NCBI GenBank assembly: GCA_020536535.1
Contig: JAHLWZ010000827.1
Coordinates: 1 to 64,000 of the forward strand
Length of the DNA: 64,000 nucleotides
Reading direction: 5' to 3'
Origin: Pelomyxa schiedti
Lineage: Eukaryota > Protista > Evosea
A program made the translations under genes and the position numbers. This document shows positions 1-13,800 of the stretch, piece by piece; within the stretch, counting starts at the first letter, position 1, and every line of letters begins with the position of its first letter. The notes beneath the pieces are model-generated. The model saw only the letters and a program-made list of their open reading frames with translations, was not told the DNA's origin and did no database searches.

Positions 1-100
1 GTCAGTCCCAGAAAATTCAAAAAACCCACCTAATTTCTCCTAACCCAATTTATCTGGTGGTTATTGAAAAGGTCACACACACGAACCAATGCAGAGGGGC

Positions 101-375
101 ATGGAGTCGTTCTGCTCGGTCTTTGGGTGATAGTCCCTGGCCATGATGACCCTCATCACCCTCTGCACGTCGACGTCCGCGGGCAGCGGCGACGGCACCG
201 AGTAGAGGCACACGGACCCCAGGATTTGGTCGTACTCGCCCACCAGCACGAACGTGTACGGGTCGGTCACCAAGTCGGCGACCCCGCCCCCGCCCGGGAG
301 CGCCGGCGACGGCGAAGGCGACGCGGCGGGGATGGCCGGGGACTATCACCCAAAGACCGAGCAGAACGACTCCAT
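101..375. repeat. 44-bp inverted repeat (101-144 and 332-375, one mismatch) flanking a 187-bp inverted coding segment
   Basis: atggagtcgttctgctcggtctttgggtgatagtccctggccat is the reverse complement of atggccggggactatcacccaaagaccgagcagaacgactccat except at 138/338. DYHPKTEQNDS is therefore encoded on both strands. Confidence 0.97.
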
Positions 376-3069
376 CGCCAGCTTCCAGAAAGACACCTCC
401 ATGATGACAAATGACCCTCATAACAACACTACATACTGTTACTATGTCCGCGCCACCATCTTATTACTTACCTCTCTGCTTTTTTTTTTTTTTTTCCCCT
501 TCCCTTTCCCCCTACTATTATTCAAACTAAATATTCTCTTATTCAGATACACCGATTTCATTTGTTTGATATCCTTGCTCGTGGCAACGTTCGGCAGCTA
601 TTCATATGCTATTTGTGCCGTGATGTAAGTTTAGTCACCAACAGATTTGCCGAGTTCATACCTCCTTTTAAAAAGGCAAAACCCTCTTGTCAATTCGTTG
701 TTAGTAATTTTTATCTACCCAGGCAGTGGAACTCCTAAAAAAAGGAAACATCAGTGTTGCCAAATCTGATATTTGTAAAAGGCTAGTGGATTTGACATAT
801 ACCTACGAAAAAGTACTCTACTCTTTCCTCTTCTTGAATAGAACTTAATAGTGATAATAAACAGATGACAGAAGACCCTAGCAAAAGGACTACAGGAGGT
901 CCACCCTCACAACCTGGAGAAGGCTCAGACAGAGATTCCACACAAGCAACAACTCCAGTGAGAATACCTCTTCCAACCATTTTTCTTTATTAATTATTCA
1001 CTGTAACAGCCAAATGAGATTAAATCAAGTATAACTGATTTGGAACGGATACTTAAATGGATATGCAGTGTCACAAATTGCCTGCCACCTGTCCCTGCAC
1101 CTGACTACACTGTAGGCAAGAAAAACCATTTGTGACGGATGGGGAAGTGGGTGGTGGGCGGAAGTTAACACCAGAACTCATTTAAAAAAAAAACACGAAC
1201 AGCCTGAACCCATATGGAGATTGAATAAGATTGAAGGCAAACTTAGGCCTATAGAAGTAATTTGTGGACCAGAAACTGTGGCCACTATGAAAAATATCTT
1301 GAAAGACATATTTGTATATTTTTCTCGACCTCATCTTGTACTTGCTGTTGAAGATTTGGAGCGTCAATTCCTTAGTAACATCATACAACCACTCTTATGG
1401 GCTCATACCTTTTCCACCCTTAGGACCGCAGGCAACACATCTAGCTCTTGGGAAGCAAATTGGATGCAACTTTGATGTTGATATATTCGAAGATTCTACA
1501 ATGGCAAGTCAGAGATCAACTGTGCCTCCAATCTCAATTAAACCAACTCCCCTTGCCTTTGGCCCACCCCTTGACGAAGAAGCTCAACATACTAAGTTTG
1601 AAACATTAGCGGGTATGAAAACCTATGGAAGATACCAATTCACTTACCAAGTTTTTCTTTCCTTCTCGAATAGAATCACCCTTCCCTGCCCTCAGTGTTC
1701 CTCATTTTATTAATAGTGCTCCTCCGTAAGTTAACTTCTGATTTGTTCTTCCCTTACTGGGCGTTGTTGTCTTAGATTGCAGTATCAGACATTTGCTAAC
1801 TTGTTTTTACTACAACAAAAACCTGGGTTCCCTTACCCTCCTGGCACCAACCTTCTGGCTCTTTCCCGAAATGTGCCTGAAGTTAAGCATATTATTTATT
1901 CTCTTCTCAAGGGAAGGACTGTGGTTGTTTGTGGGAAAGATATGCAGTATGCACGACCCAATCAATTCAATACTAATGTTTTAAGTACTGTTGAAGCTAT
2001 TGTCCTTGCACTTGCGATTTTTGTGTGTGGTGTGAGTGATACAATTTGCACGTGCAGAAGTAACAAGTTACCTCCCCTTCACATTCCGGACTTGAGCACT
2101 CTCCGCCTTGTTGGTGTTTTAAGTGCACACCAATATGCGCCAGTAAAGGTGTGTGTATTTTCCATCTCTTTTTGTAACACTTTAAATAGGAAAATGTTTC
2201 CTTATTCCTGCTGGATACAAAGGAAATTATTGCCCCACGGTATCCTGAAAAAGCAGTGTACATTGACGATATCCTATTTAAACATGAGTGGCCAGTAAGA
2301 TCTCTGAGTACTTTTCAAAGAAAAAACCCGCCTCATCCAGGATGATCCTACATTCATTTCGCATGTACACAGGGTACTGTTGAATATTGCAAATAGGGCA
2401 TTTTTATATTACCACCTTTGTTGTGTTGCAATTTCGCAGCTGACTGTTGTCCCCGAGATACGGAGGTACTGGTTCTTTTCTTTTTTGCTTTTTAACCTTC
2501 TTTGAAGGAGACGAAGAAGTTCCTCTCCCACTTCCATTCTTCTCCCAGGGGAGATACCTGTGCAACGGCCTGGAGAATTAGCACCCAACCAGAGTTCAGC
2601 AAGTGTACCTAACTTCGATAAACCCTTTGCCGGTAATGCTGAATGCTTTTACTATCATTTTTTCACTTTTTTTTTTATATACTGACCTATCTCGGCTAGG
2701 AAATAACCCCCATCCCGCTCCACGTTCTCGCCAAGCAAATACGGGAGCTCACAAATTTGAAATTAAAAAATACATGTGCACTGACAAGAAGCCCACAGAT
2801 ACTGCCGAACGTGAGCAGGCCTGTACGGATTTCTTCAAGAAGTATTGTATCTGTGATGGAGACAAGGAAATTCTCATTGTATGCAGCACCATCAAAGCAC
2901 AAACAGGGATACACAACCTAACTAACATTGTCACAATTAGAACATGGCCGAAGTTGTAAAGAAACAACAAGCCCAGGAATTGCACCCCACAATGTCCCTT
3001 CCCTGTAAACTTGACCTCTCTCCCTGCACCTCCACAAGGTTTCTCTCCCTACCCACCTTCTACTCATGA
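332..3069 (+). CDS. SMCR8: SMCR8-like longin/DENN protein (C9orf72 partner family), multi-exon; its N-terminal segment lies inverted at 145-331
   Basis: Spliced translation DYHPKTEQNDSIASFQKDTSMMTNDPHNNTTYCYY|IHRFHLFDILARGNVRQLFICYLCRDVSLVTNRFAEFIPPFKK|AVELLKKGNISVAKSDICKRLVDLTYT matches the SMCR8 longin pattern (VHHLTLYDLEARGFVRPFCMAYIS...ASECLKTGN...KLKDLDYT). Also LNKIEGKLRPIEVIC, HIIYSLLKGRTVVVCG and C-terminal DKEILI|NMAEVVKKQ. Stop TGA at 3067-3069. Confidence 0.85.
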
Positions 3070-3144
3070 TGTGTGGCCTTTTTTTGTAGTGTCAAAAGTA
3101 AAAGAATTCATTCAACCCAACTTAAAAGTCCGGACTTCTTTCTT

Positions 3145-4678
3145 TTAGGAATGGCCCTCACAAGGTGGAGTGGGTCCCTGTGTTGCTGCTTGTGATTGAT
3201 CCAACAGAGCCACAGGTCTGGAATTGGGCCGTGCAGTAAATAGGACTGGGTCGCCTATGCGGAGGTGCAACCAATTGGGAGTACATGTGGGTTGGCCTTC
3301 AAGTCTGCCAGCAAGAATTCCACCCTGAGCAGAAGGGCTACATAGGGACCGGGTATGTGGAGTAACAGCAATGCTAATCTAATCAAGTGTCAGTGCGATT
3401 GATTGCTGGTTGGGCTGTGAACATACAGCTTCACCCTCTCCAGAGTTGAATCCAGCTTGGTCAAAGGGGAGAATAACTCTGATGATGTTCTCTTTATCCT
3501 CAGCCCATTTGGCTGGGAGTTCAGTGGCCCATCTAGTATTGGATTCGAAACCGGAAAGAGACTGAGTTCTCTTCTCAGCAAGAGTTACTGGTTTTGGTTA
3601 AATAGAGAGGGTGCATCGTTGAGAACCTCCGAAATTAAACTCGGCCCAGCGTAGCATGCAGTCCAACGCTCTTTTGCATGTGGGAGGATGTCTCATTGTA
3701 TATCCTCGTTTATACATGGCTTGTGATTCAGTTGCCAAGGGAAACAGCTCTGAACGTAACTTTTCCATATTGGCGGTAAAGGGAGGAGCGAACCTCGTCA
3801 CAACCTGAAGGTGTATTAGGCTGGAAACCTGTGCAAAATATCTTCTTACTTCGGCAGTGCCACCGGATACAGTAAGAAAGTGATGCAATTTCTTTCCAGG
3901 TCCAAAGTCCAGAGAGGGAATAGGTTCAGGAGATTTATGTGCCATAATTTCGGCGTAGTGTTCCGGAGAAGAGGGAGGGATATTAAAGGAATGGTCGTGA
4001 CCGTGACTTGTCACAGCTTTTTGGAGTCTAATTGTTGAATAACCATTGTGGAGGGCAGGGAAAAAGCAATCCAAAAGAAAACGCATCTCCTACATTCAAC
4101 ACTAAAGGAGTCCAGGAAAAATAACCAACTTTAGGTTCCCGAAGAAATCCCCATTCAGTACGAGGTATACTTCATCCCTTGCAACTCCAATGCCCACCGT
4201 ATCTCCCACTTCAAAAGTTCCAGGGATTTGCATGTTTTCGCCACACACATTGAGAGAACCATCACTTGACCACACAATTCCAATATCTTTTTGAATCTTT
4301 TAGAGGTATAACAGGAAATACCACAATAAATTTCAGGTACCAGGATCGTCAGGAACACACAACCCAAATGAAAGAATCAACTCTTCTTCTTCCCCTTCTT
4401 TCACACACGGGATCCAACTTTGAACTGTAACCTAATAATCATTTATCACTAGTTTTTACTCCACAAGGAGGCGCAGGCCTCTGCACCCTCCTTGGTTTTT
4501 TCAAAATAACCTCAAAGTATCTTTGTGCCATCCAATCAACTAGGTTTGCCAAATTTTCAGAGGGACAAGGCCACATGGGTTTGGTCGTGGTGTCCATTTC
4601 TTCTTGTCCTAAAATGTTGCGCGTAACCAACACAGTTTCACAGCCGACGCCGCGCGACAACACCGTCGTGCTCGCCAT
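3145..4678 (-). CDS. SPRY/B30.2-domain protein with an uncharacterised C-terminal domain, multi-exon
   Basis: Spliced reading RYFEVIL...ILSFGLC...GIVWSSDGSLNVCGENMQIPGTFEVGDTVGIGVARDEVYLVLNGDFFGNL...CFFPALH fits SPRY motifs (YFEV, GDxVGxG, NG). Last exon ends PPCEGHS then TAA. Confidence 0.65.
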
Positions 4679-4812
4679 TTTGGACAACGAATTTTGGGGC
4701 TGAGAATCAAACAGTAAAGAACGGTTGTTATTGGTTGGGGCTATTGACAAAAAACATGGTATATTGCAGTATAGTTGTAGTATAAAACAAAGTGATAGCT
4801 GGACTGGGCAGA

Positions 4813-7800
4813 TCAAGATTTTTTGGCCACTGCCTTCTTTGCCTCTGCATATTTACCTGCACGGTGCTGTGGACTGTTAGGGAGGATATGAACAAAGGGG
4901 AAAGCAAACTGAGTGAATTTCAAGCCGTGTTTTCCGTAGCTGTTCCTGCAGCTTTTCCATCTTTATTTGCATTTCTATCTCCCGGTTTCTTTGTGCAACA
5001 CGGGACAATCCCGTAGTTGGCTGGAAAGGCGTTAACAATGTACTTGGGAGGCAACAACATACAGCTTGAGTTTCTTCATCATTTTGTTCTAGTTCACGTG
5101 AGGCTGTAGAAATCAGGTCAACCGATGCCTGAAGGACAGTTTTGGCCGCTGCAGCCAAGTCCAGTTGATCCTAGAAGAGATGTTATGACTATTGAAATGT
5201 TGACATATACCTTGCTATTGGGATCGAGAGCCTTCACTTTGGAAGCTGTAACCAGCAAGGTTGTCGCCGCAACCACAGCTCGTGCTGTTGGTTTAAGTTC
5301 TTCTTCTTGTGGTTTGGGCTTGTTTGCTGCTGTGATGAGATCCTGAATTGCTCGGACCACTTTCTAAGATACTGTTACAAGGTTCATTAACAAAAAACCA
5401 GGGAACCTGAGCGGCAGAAATGAGTCCATTGGACCACGTTGGGTCAGCACGGTATTTTGTTCCACCCGAGCGTACATGTTGTGCCCTCATAGCCTGATAA
5501 TTGGATGAGAACACACATCACTAAGAGATGTAACCTGGCACTGTGCAGCGTTTTCTACTAGGTTACTCCCTGCCATAGCAATTGCATGAGCACCATCTGT
5601 AATGAGGGCATTGATGTCGGCATCGTCTAGTTTCACTCCCGACTAGAAACGGTATTATAAAAATGAGAAAGAGAGATAAAGATGATCACAGGTTTCTTCG
5701 TCACAACGGGTCTTGATGCCATCAGCCGTTCAGCCGCTTCTTTGATCAATCTTGCACACTGAGACAGTTCACTAGGACAGTGCATCAGCAAGTTAGCGGA
5801 CGAAAGCATTGACTTACTTTTCTGCGATAGTTTCTAACTCGGTTGAATCCTTCTCCTCCTCTGCAATTTGAAGGGACTCCCCACCTGGAAAAAGTCTTAT
5901 TGCCTTCTCTATCCCTTTAAGAGATTCCAGAAGAGTGCCAGAGAGTTGCTCAAACTAAAAGGGTGCCTTGTTATCCACAGTGACAAGTGTAAAGTAAAGT
6001 TACATTCGCTTTGCTGGCAGTTTTCTCTGACTCCGGGCAGGTTATTAGCATAGAGCCAGCAGAAAATATACTCTGGATATGCCTTGCAGTTTCTTTCACA
6101 GCCATATCAAGTTGTGTATTGGAATCTGGGTTTGTTGCTAGACTGTGAAGCCCCTTTTTATTGTTTTATTGTAGTGGTAAAATTGCATTGAGCAATCCAA
6201 CCTTCGCCCCAGACATCAGACTAGAAATTGCAGCTGACAGGAAACCAGCAGCTCGGCTTATTTCGTCCTGATCACCAGAAGCAATACCAGAAGAGAGTGT
6301 GGAAACAGCAGCTAGAAAGAGAATGTTGATGATAGTCCCAGAAGTAAGGGGTACCTATAATATTTCGAGCATCATCAACAATGTGCTGTGGCTTTGCCTC
6401 TTCGTTTTCACCAAGTGTGGTGTCGTATCTGACTCAATTAGTGCGCAGTTGTGGTTGGCTTATTAATACCTTGAAGACAAATTTGCAACATTCGCACGTG
6501 CTAATTCAAGGTTCCTTGTGCCCTTGGATAAATCGGAGAGTGCACTTTCAGCAATTTTTAGGAGTTGGTCTTAGTGAAATGAGTTCGGTTTATCTCATGT
6601 AAAGCCTACCCAAAGTTTCATGTAAGCTCTGTTTACTGATCTCTACTGTTGTGAGTGTTTGCTCTGTATGTACTCGTTGAGCATCTTTGACAGACGTAGC
6701 AAGGGCCTGGAGAGCAATGGATGCGGCTTTACCTGTGTTCAACATTTCAAGCTGTGTGGTCATCTCCCTATTAATAATAAGGCTCGTAACAAATAGGAAA
6801 ATAACACACCTTATTTGGCCGGCACACGTCTTCGTTGTTTCTGCCAGAAGAAGAGAGGTAGAAGACATCGCCTTGCATGCCTCTCCTAGGGCAATTTCTG
6901 TTCCTCCCACGGCCCCCACTACAGACTGCTCAGATTCCTCAACCTGCGAGATGACTTCCCTCAGCTGTGTGAGAGAGTCAGCGGCTGATTTCCCAGACGT
7001 ATCTTCAAGCTGTCCAGCAGAAGAAAAGAGTACTGCTTGATCCAAACTGTCTATAGCCTGTCCAACTTCCTCAAGGGCACTTTCAATGAGAATTTCCCCT
7101 TTGGCTCCTTGCTTGAGAGTTTTAAGGAGCATGGCAACACCCGAGGAAACGCAAGTAAAAGCTTCGTTCATTTTCATTACGAGACTTTCATTTGAAGGGT
7201 CTACTACCATATCCTATTAATGTTTTTAGTTTGCAAACCAAAGAACACCTGGTCTCATACCTGGCCGATTGAAATTTGACGTTTTACAGCAGAAATAACA
7301 GCTACAGAATTCTCCTTTATTTCGGCAGCAATGCTTGGATCAGGAGCAAGGGGAACAAGTTGCTTGATCTGTGTAACTAGCGATGTGCACATATCAGCCT
7401 CAACCTTGGTTGTGCTTCCAATCTTTTGAAATTAGTTTACAATCATTTAACTAAAGTTAGTAAACCTGAACAAGATTTGTTTTCTCGGTGGTGAGTAAGG
7501 ATTTGGAACTGGCAACCAATCCTTTGCATATTCCAGAGATTTCATCTTTGCATTGTTGGTAAGAACATCCTGATTCTCCGGAAATTGTGTCATCTGAACA
7601 TGCTGCAAGTGCTCTGATGGAAATGAGTAAGTTTTGGATTTGTAATTGCTTTATAGTTGCAACAGACTTGGAGACCCTTCTCCTTGCTTCCTCCAGGTCT
7701 TGAACCAGAGAAGAACTTGCTGAGAGCTTAGATACAAGCTTCCCAACTGATTGTGACAGTGCTTGGGAGTCCACTGATACAGCCTTGTTTCCTATGGTTG

Positions 7801-10800
7801 GTACTTGTCCCAAAAAGAAATTAAAGGAAAACCTGGAGAAGATCAGTGGTGGTGTTGCAGGCGCATGAAAAAGCATTCTGAACAAGTTGAAGAGAGGTTT
7901 CTGCGATTTTTTGTGCATTGGTCACGAGGTCATTTTGAAGATCAGTGTCTGGGGTAGTGGCGGCTGCTTGAATCGCCTGTGTGCAAAGCATCCTGACTGT
8001 TCAAGTTAGAGGAGAAATGAAAGCTAAAATGCAACCTGACTTGGTGCATAATTCTATTTCATTGGCAACAGCACCGGTTGTCAGTCGGGCACTTCCCTCT
8101 ACATCACTAACGGAGACAAGTAACTCTTTAGCTTGTGTAACAAGTTCTTCCTGTTCCAGTGGGTTACGGTAACAATGCCATTACATTAGCTTTTAATGGA
8201 TTATAGAGTCAGTCTAGAAACCTGAAGTGCAAGGTGAGGCTTATCAGGGGGATTTTCAGTTATTGTTCCAACAGCCACAGCCATCACTGCTGAAGCCACA
8301 TCGTTTATTGTTTCACGAAGAATTCCGCAACATCGTTCAGCTGTGTCCGTACCAGCAATGCACCCCCTTCCTTTCAGGTGTTAAAGAAAAAGTTTATAGT
8401 ACAACCTATACCAAGTTGTAAGACATTTTTTATTGCTTCAGAGACTGCCATTCCATTATAGTTGAGGCTGGCTCCAAGGGTTTTGTCTTGTGGTTTAGCG
8501 GAAACCGCAAGTGAACTGCCTAACAATTGAGAAGTGGCACTACAGACAGTAGTGACGGATGTTACAATTTGTTCCCGTTTGTCAGTAGGAAGTGCCTCTC
8601 TTGGAAAAATGGTGAAAAACGTACTTGTGGTAGAGGGCTTGGCTTACCCAGAAGTGCTGTGAATAGCGAATTGAGACATAAGTTTGTCGGCGGTCTTTTG
8701 CAATACTGTGCCAACTTCTTGGAGTGCAGCCTTTCCTTCTTGAGAGCCAGTGGCTGCTGCCTAGTACTCGCATGAAAAAAGGAGGAATGGACTGAAGAAC
8801 TAACGGACCTTGGCTGTCCTGGCCAAGTTTGATGTTGCCTTTTTAAGCTCTGCAATTCTTCTTTGAAGAGTGTGAAGTTTCGGCTCAATTGTAGTTTTCT
8901 CCGCCGCCCTTGATATGGTGAGCAAACAGTGTGGCCAAGGAAAAAAAAATACATGGCATAGGTGAGTAACGCATTTGTGGCACCCTGTATGCCTTTGGCA
9001 GCATTCACCATTTGGACAGGCTCATCACGAGATGAAATCAACAGTGCAATAGAGTTTGTTAATTGCTGGGAGATTTGGCTCAAAGTTTCAGGTAAACGCG
9101 ATTCCTGCAATTATAAGAGGGAAAAGTGTGGTGAGCAGCAACCTTAGGTGCCACCATGGCTCGCGCTACATCGACCAACTGGCGAATGTCAGAAGCTGCA
9201 GCTCTTGCATGGGAATTCATGGCATCTTGAGCTTGGTTCAGTTTCTGATTTTGAACCCAGAAACATACCTTGATTCACCCTGGCTTTTGACATGCATCCC
9301 ATGGTATTATCATTTAGTATTTTACATATCCTTGCCATTTCTCGTACGGCTGGAGCGGGAGCAAGAGGAACTATCCCTGCAAAATTGTCTAAATCATTTT
9401 GAGCCTGTCCTATAATCTAGTTGTGTTAAAGCAGTATCTTATGTTGTGACAACGTAACTTCAATTGCATCTTCCACATCTCTATTTGAAACAGTACCAAA
9501 TACACGCATAAGCCGATTAAGTGCAGTGGAAACGTTTTTAACCGCATCCAGTAAAGACCTGTTATGTTTGTTTATGTGTGAAAAAGGAAATTATTGATGA
9601 AGAGTACCTGTCTATGCCACTCTTGCCAGCACGTTTTTTTGATACAACAATAGCATTTAGGCTGGAATTAAGCATATTTTTCGCGTTTCTCATTATTTCT
9701 TCTTGTGTTGCTGTACTTTTTGTGGCACCAGCTGTATGAATATATAGTTAGAAAGGCTGCAAAGCAAGAAAGATATGCTACCAGCAATATTGGATGCTTC
9801 AACAAAACTTGCGACTGCACTGACAAGGACTTGAGCAGTTGAAGCAACACCAGACTGATTCGACTGGATCATAGTGGCAATCTAGGAGGGGTTAAATTCT
9901 AACACCACACACAAAATCTCTTCATAATCTCAGACACACTTGAGTGATTCCAGCACTGAGGGCCTTCGCACAGGCATTGACATTTTCGACTGCCTGTTGC
10001 AGTGGCACAGTTATTCCGATAGAAGGCTTGAGTAACTCGGTTTGCAGCTTAATTTTGCTTATCACTTCTTCAAGTTCGGCAGACTCTTTCTAGGCAATAG
10101 TCAAACTTGCACAAAGTTTGAAAAGAAGATTTTACTGGTGTCTGGAAGGTGAGAATTTGTGCCAATGAGGCCTTCAAATCAGATAAAGATTTATCTATAG
10201 CCATGGATGCTGATTCCGTAGGCCTGGTAGCCATTACAGTTGCCGAGTTCATCAGTTCTACATACTGTAAATAGTTTTAGGTGTAACAAGGAAAAACCTC
10301 TGAGTGTATTCCCGAGGTGCTTGGACGTATTGAGTAGCTTAATTTGCTGTGCTGAATCTGGCAATGTAGGAACAACACTCTTTACTGCATTTATGACTTG
10401 AGCCGCCAATGAAGTAGCTTCACGAAAATGTGTTTGAAGCTGAAAGTTTTTACTTGCTTGATACAAAATGTAGGGCTAACAAACCATCTTAGGCTCTGTT
10501 TTACAGCACTCAGCAACAGCTGTTGCTGCGGCATCAAAGTTTCGTACAGATAAGGAAAGAAGGGCAAGTGCATCTTCAGCAGCACGTCTATCTTCACTTT
10601 TAGGAATTTGGTTATCTGTATTTGAAGTTATATACCCTGAAGCGAAATTAATTTCTTACTTTGGACCTGAGCAAGGAGTGCATCTATTTCATTAAGAAAA
10701 GTTGCCAATTCTTCTGTTACACGTTCTGCTGCTGTTTGCCCTGAGAGGTCCTTCAAAATTTGGCATGCTTTGAGTAACCCTTGTATCGCTAATTTGGTCC

Positions 10801-13800
10801 TGAACAATTTCGTTAAATGTGCAAAACTAAATCTGCATACTTCTCTGAACTGGATAGCAAATGTTGTTTGTGAGGTAAGGACTTAATTTTGGGGGCAGAT
10901 TTCATGGCTGCTACCACTGAGCTCATTGCGGGTATGCAAGTCTTTTGAGATGTAACTAGCACTCTTTGTTGTAAGTCCCCTGAGAAGGGATCCTTGACTG
11001 AGTCCTGAAAAAAAAGTGAGCCACAAATCTAGTTACACAAGGCAAAAGTACCACAATAGAAGACACTAGCTCTGATATAGAAGATCCTAGATCAGAAGAA
11101 GCTCTTTCTAGCTCCTGTTTCATCAAGTCACCTGCAACCATGGGGATACTGCTCTTGCTTTGGTCCATCAGTTGAAGGGCGTTTGAAATAAGAAGCTGGG
11201 AATAGAACAAGTTAGCCCAAGTATTGTTGACAACAAGATACCTTCCCAGCATTTCGAAGATTGGCGCTTGCCGTCAAAGTTCCCACAGTTGATGCCATTT
11301 CTGAAGTTAAAACTTGCAGTTTCTGGGCAACTTCAAGGAATCCTTCTTTTTTACTGTCATCATCTGGATTTTCTGCTATTTCTTGTGCTTTTTGCAGAAG
11401 GTCTGTTTAACAGAATTAAGATGAAACTGGAGTTGTAATATCAGAGTCTCACGGTTAAATTCGTCTGATACTGCTTTTACAGCGTCTTCCATTCTTCGTC
11501 GGGCTTGTGGGTCTTTGATGCCAACAGCTAGAGTTCTTCCATGAGCAACTACTTTGGATACCGACGAAACAAGCCCTTTGCATGCACCACTGATGGTGGT
11601 CCTGCTTCCCATGGACTTCCTATTTTGAGAAAAAAAAATCACTTTTATATTCGACTTGATTGATGTGGTACCTCAACTCTGAGAAAGCTGTGTTGAGTGC
11701 TCCAAAAGCTTCAGTAAATGTGTCGATAGTCTCTGGGCTTGCTCCAGAAACATTTCCAAGGGGTTCAGCACAATCGGAGGCAGAAAAGAGTCCTGCCATT
11801 GCTTCCATCAACATCTTTTACTTGTGGTTGAGATATGTGTATAACAATGTTATCTGTCTTACTTTAGCACCCAGGCGGAGTGAGTCGTCAGGACCCAGTG
11901 CGTAGCCATCACAAAGTGCAATAAGTTTACCTACACTTCCTCGTAGATTGTCACAGGAGGTAAGTATCTTGTTGTTTTAGGGGAAAAAAGTAAACCAAGA
12001 TAACAGTACTTGATTCTTACAGGGAGGCACCAGGATTGCGGCGCCCATAGCTTCGAGAGATTCACTGGTAGCAATTCCCCACTTGTTGATATTATTTGCG
12101 GCTTCCAGTATCGCAACACGCTGACTCTTAGTAGCTTCATCAATATTTTCTTCTAATAGGCCAGCATTTGCTAAAGACAGGAGTTCATTTGATAAGAATG
12201 GAATATGCTACCCAACATTAGAATAATGTGCTACAACTAAAAAGGTAACCTTTGAGTATTGTGTTAACAAAGCCAAAGAACTGGCCTCCACAACACCTTG
12301 TCCACTTTTTTGTGTTGATAGTAGATTATTTGCGGGTGTAACTCACGTTAATACTGCATTCATATATGCCACTGAGGCATTGTATCGCTCCTGCACTACT
12401 GTAAACTGTTGCTGCTGCTCACTTGTTAGTGTCAGTGAGTCGTCTAAGGTATTTGCCAGGTCAAATAAACTAGTTCAAACTCAATTGGAAACTAATTCAA
12501 GTACAAAGTGACTTACCCAGCAATAGATGAAGTCAAATTCCTAGAAGCATCCAAAAGGGATAACCCAGAATTTTCTGCTTCGACAGTTGCAAATTTAGCT
12601 GATGCTCCAAGTTGCACTGCTTGAAGCATTAGTTGCTGTGCCTTCCCCACGATAACAGGCTTGGAAGCTGAGTGAGTGCTTATCCCCTAAACAATGTTGT
12701 TAAGAATAAAACCAGTGGGGAGGGAAGAACAGAGGGACCTTAGCAATTTCTTCAGTCGAAATACAAACTGCCTGATAAGCAGAATTCAATTGACTGCGCC
12801 ATTTTTGGGGAGTAAGAGAACTATAAATAAGGTTTTAAGCCCATTTCCAAATGATTTCTCGGGTGTACCTTTGTCTGTTGATTGGAGTTGGAGCAGCTGC
12901 AAGTTCTTCAGTAAGCACCATAGCTGCTTTATATGCACTGCCAAGATCCTCTATACGTATTTGGGATGCGGGCAGGTGGGTGGTGGAAACTTTTTTAAGC
13001 CTGGTAATGATAAATCACGGGTGCTGTCTGCTCATGGAGGGGATTACCCTGAATCTGGATCCAAGGAACCGGGGTTATAGATAAGCTTCATTGTTTGCTT
13101 TCGTTTAATTTTTCCAAAAGGTGCTACAATGTCAGCTAATTCAGCAAGTGTGCCAGCATTTTCATCCAAAGGTTGCTCAATAGCTAAAAGAGAATGAGAA
13201 AGGAGGGTGTGTTACATGCAAGGTACTTGTTCTTTTGCGGAGAATGATTCTTATATAACCGGCAATTAATTGTTTTATCTCATCGGCATGGGGAGACTCG
13301 CAGGAGAATTCACTATCCCCGAAGTCAATAGTCAGCTTTTTGCCAAATGCTTTGTAACGTTTGGCAGACAGAAGAGGCCATTGTTTTTCTTGTTCCTTTT
13401 GGCGGTGGGGATTAATGCCATTTGATGTTGGATACACACAAATTCGAGGGTGCAAAGTTGTAAAGTATCCTTTTGGATTCCAAACATTTTCTCCTTCCCT
13501 TGATGCTTTTGTGGTTTGTATTTATTTCTAAGCATTGAGTAGAATACCATAATTGGAAAGAGCTGTATGCCATAAGTCTTGATAGTCCGTGCAACTTGTA
13601 TGTACCTATATTTTGCTTGGAGTTCAGTTACTCCTTGCAAATCTTTATATTGTTTCAAAACATCATCTACTATTCGTTTGACCTTAGCCCATTTTGGAGG
13701 AAGAAAACTCTCCAGTTGCCTATCATGTTGTCACTTGTGCTAAAAATATTTTTGACACACTTTCCAATCTTTTTTTTGTCATGTTTAGCAGCATTAAAAT

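Noticed and set aside
50-421. Arg/His/Gly-rich ORFs 50..421(-) and 64..414(+) sharing peptides
   Set aside because: Alternative-frame shadows of the GC-rich inverted repeat region; no independent coding signal.
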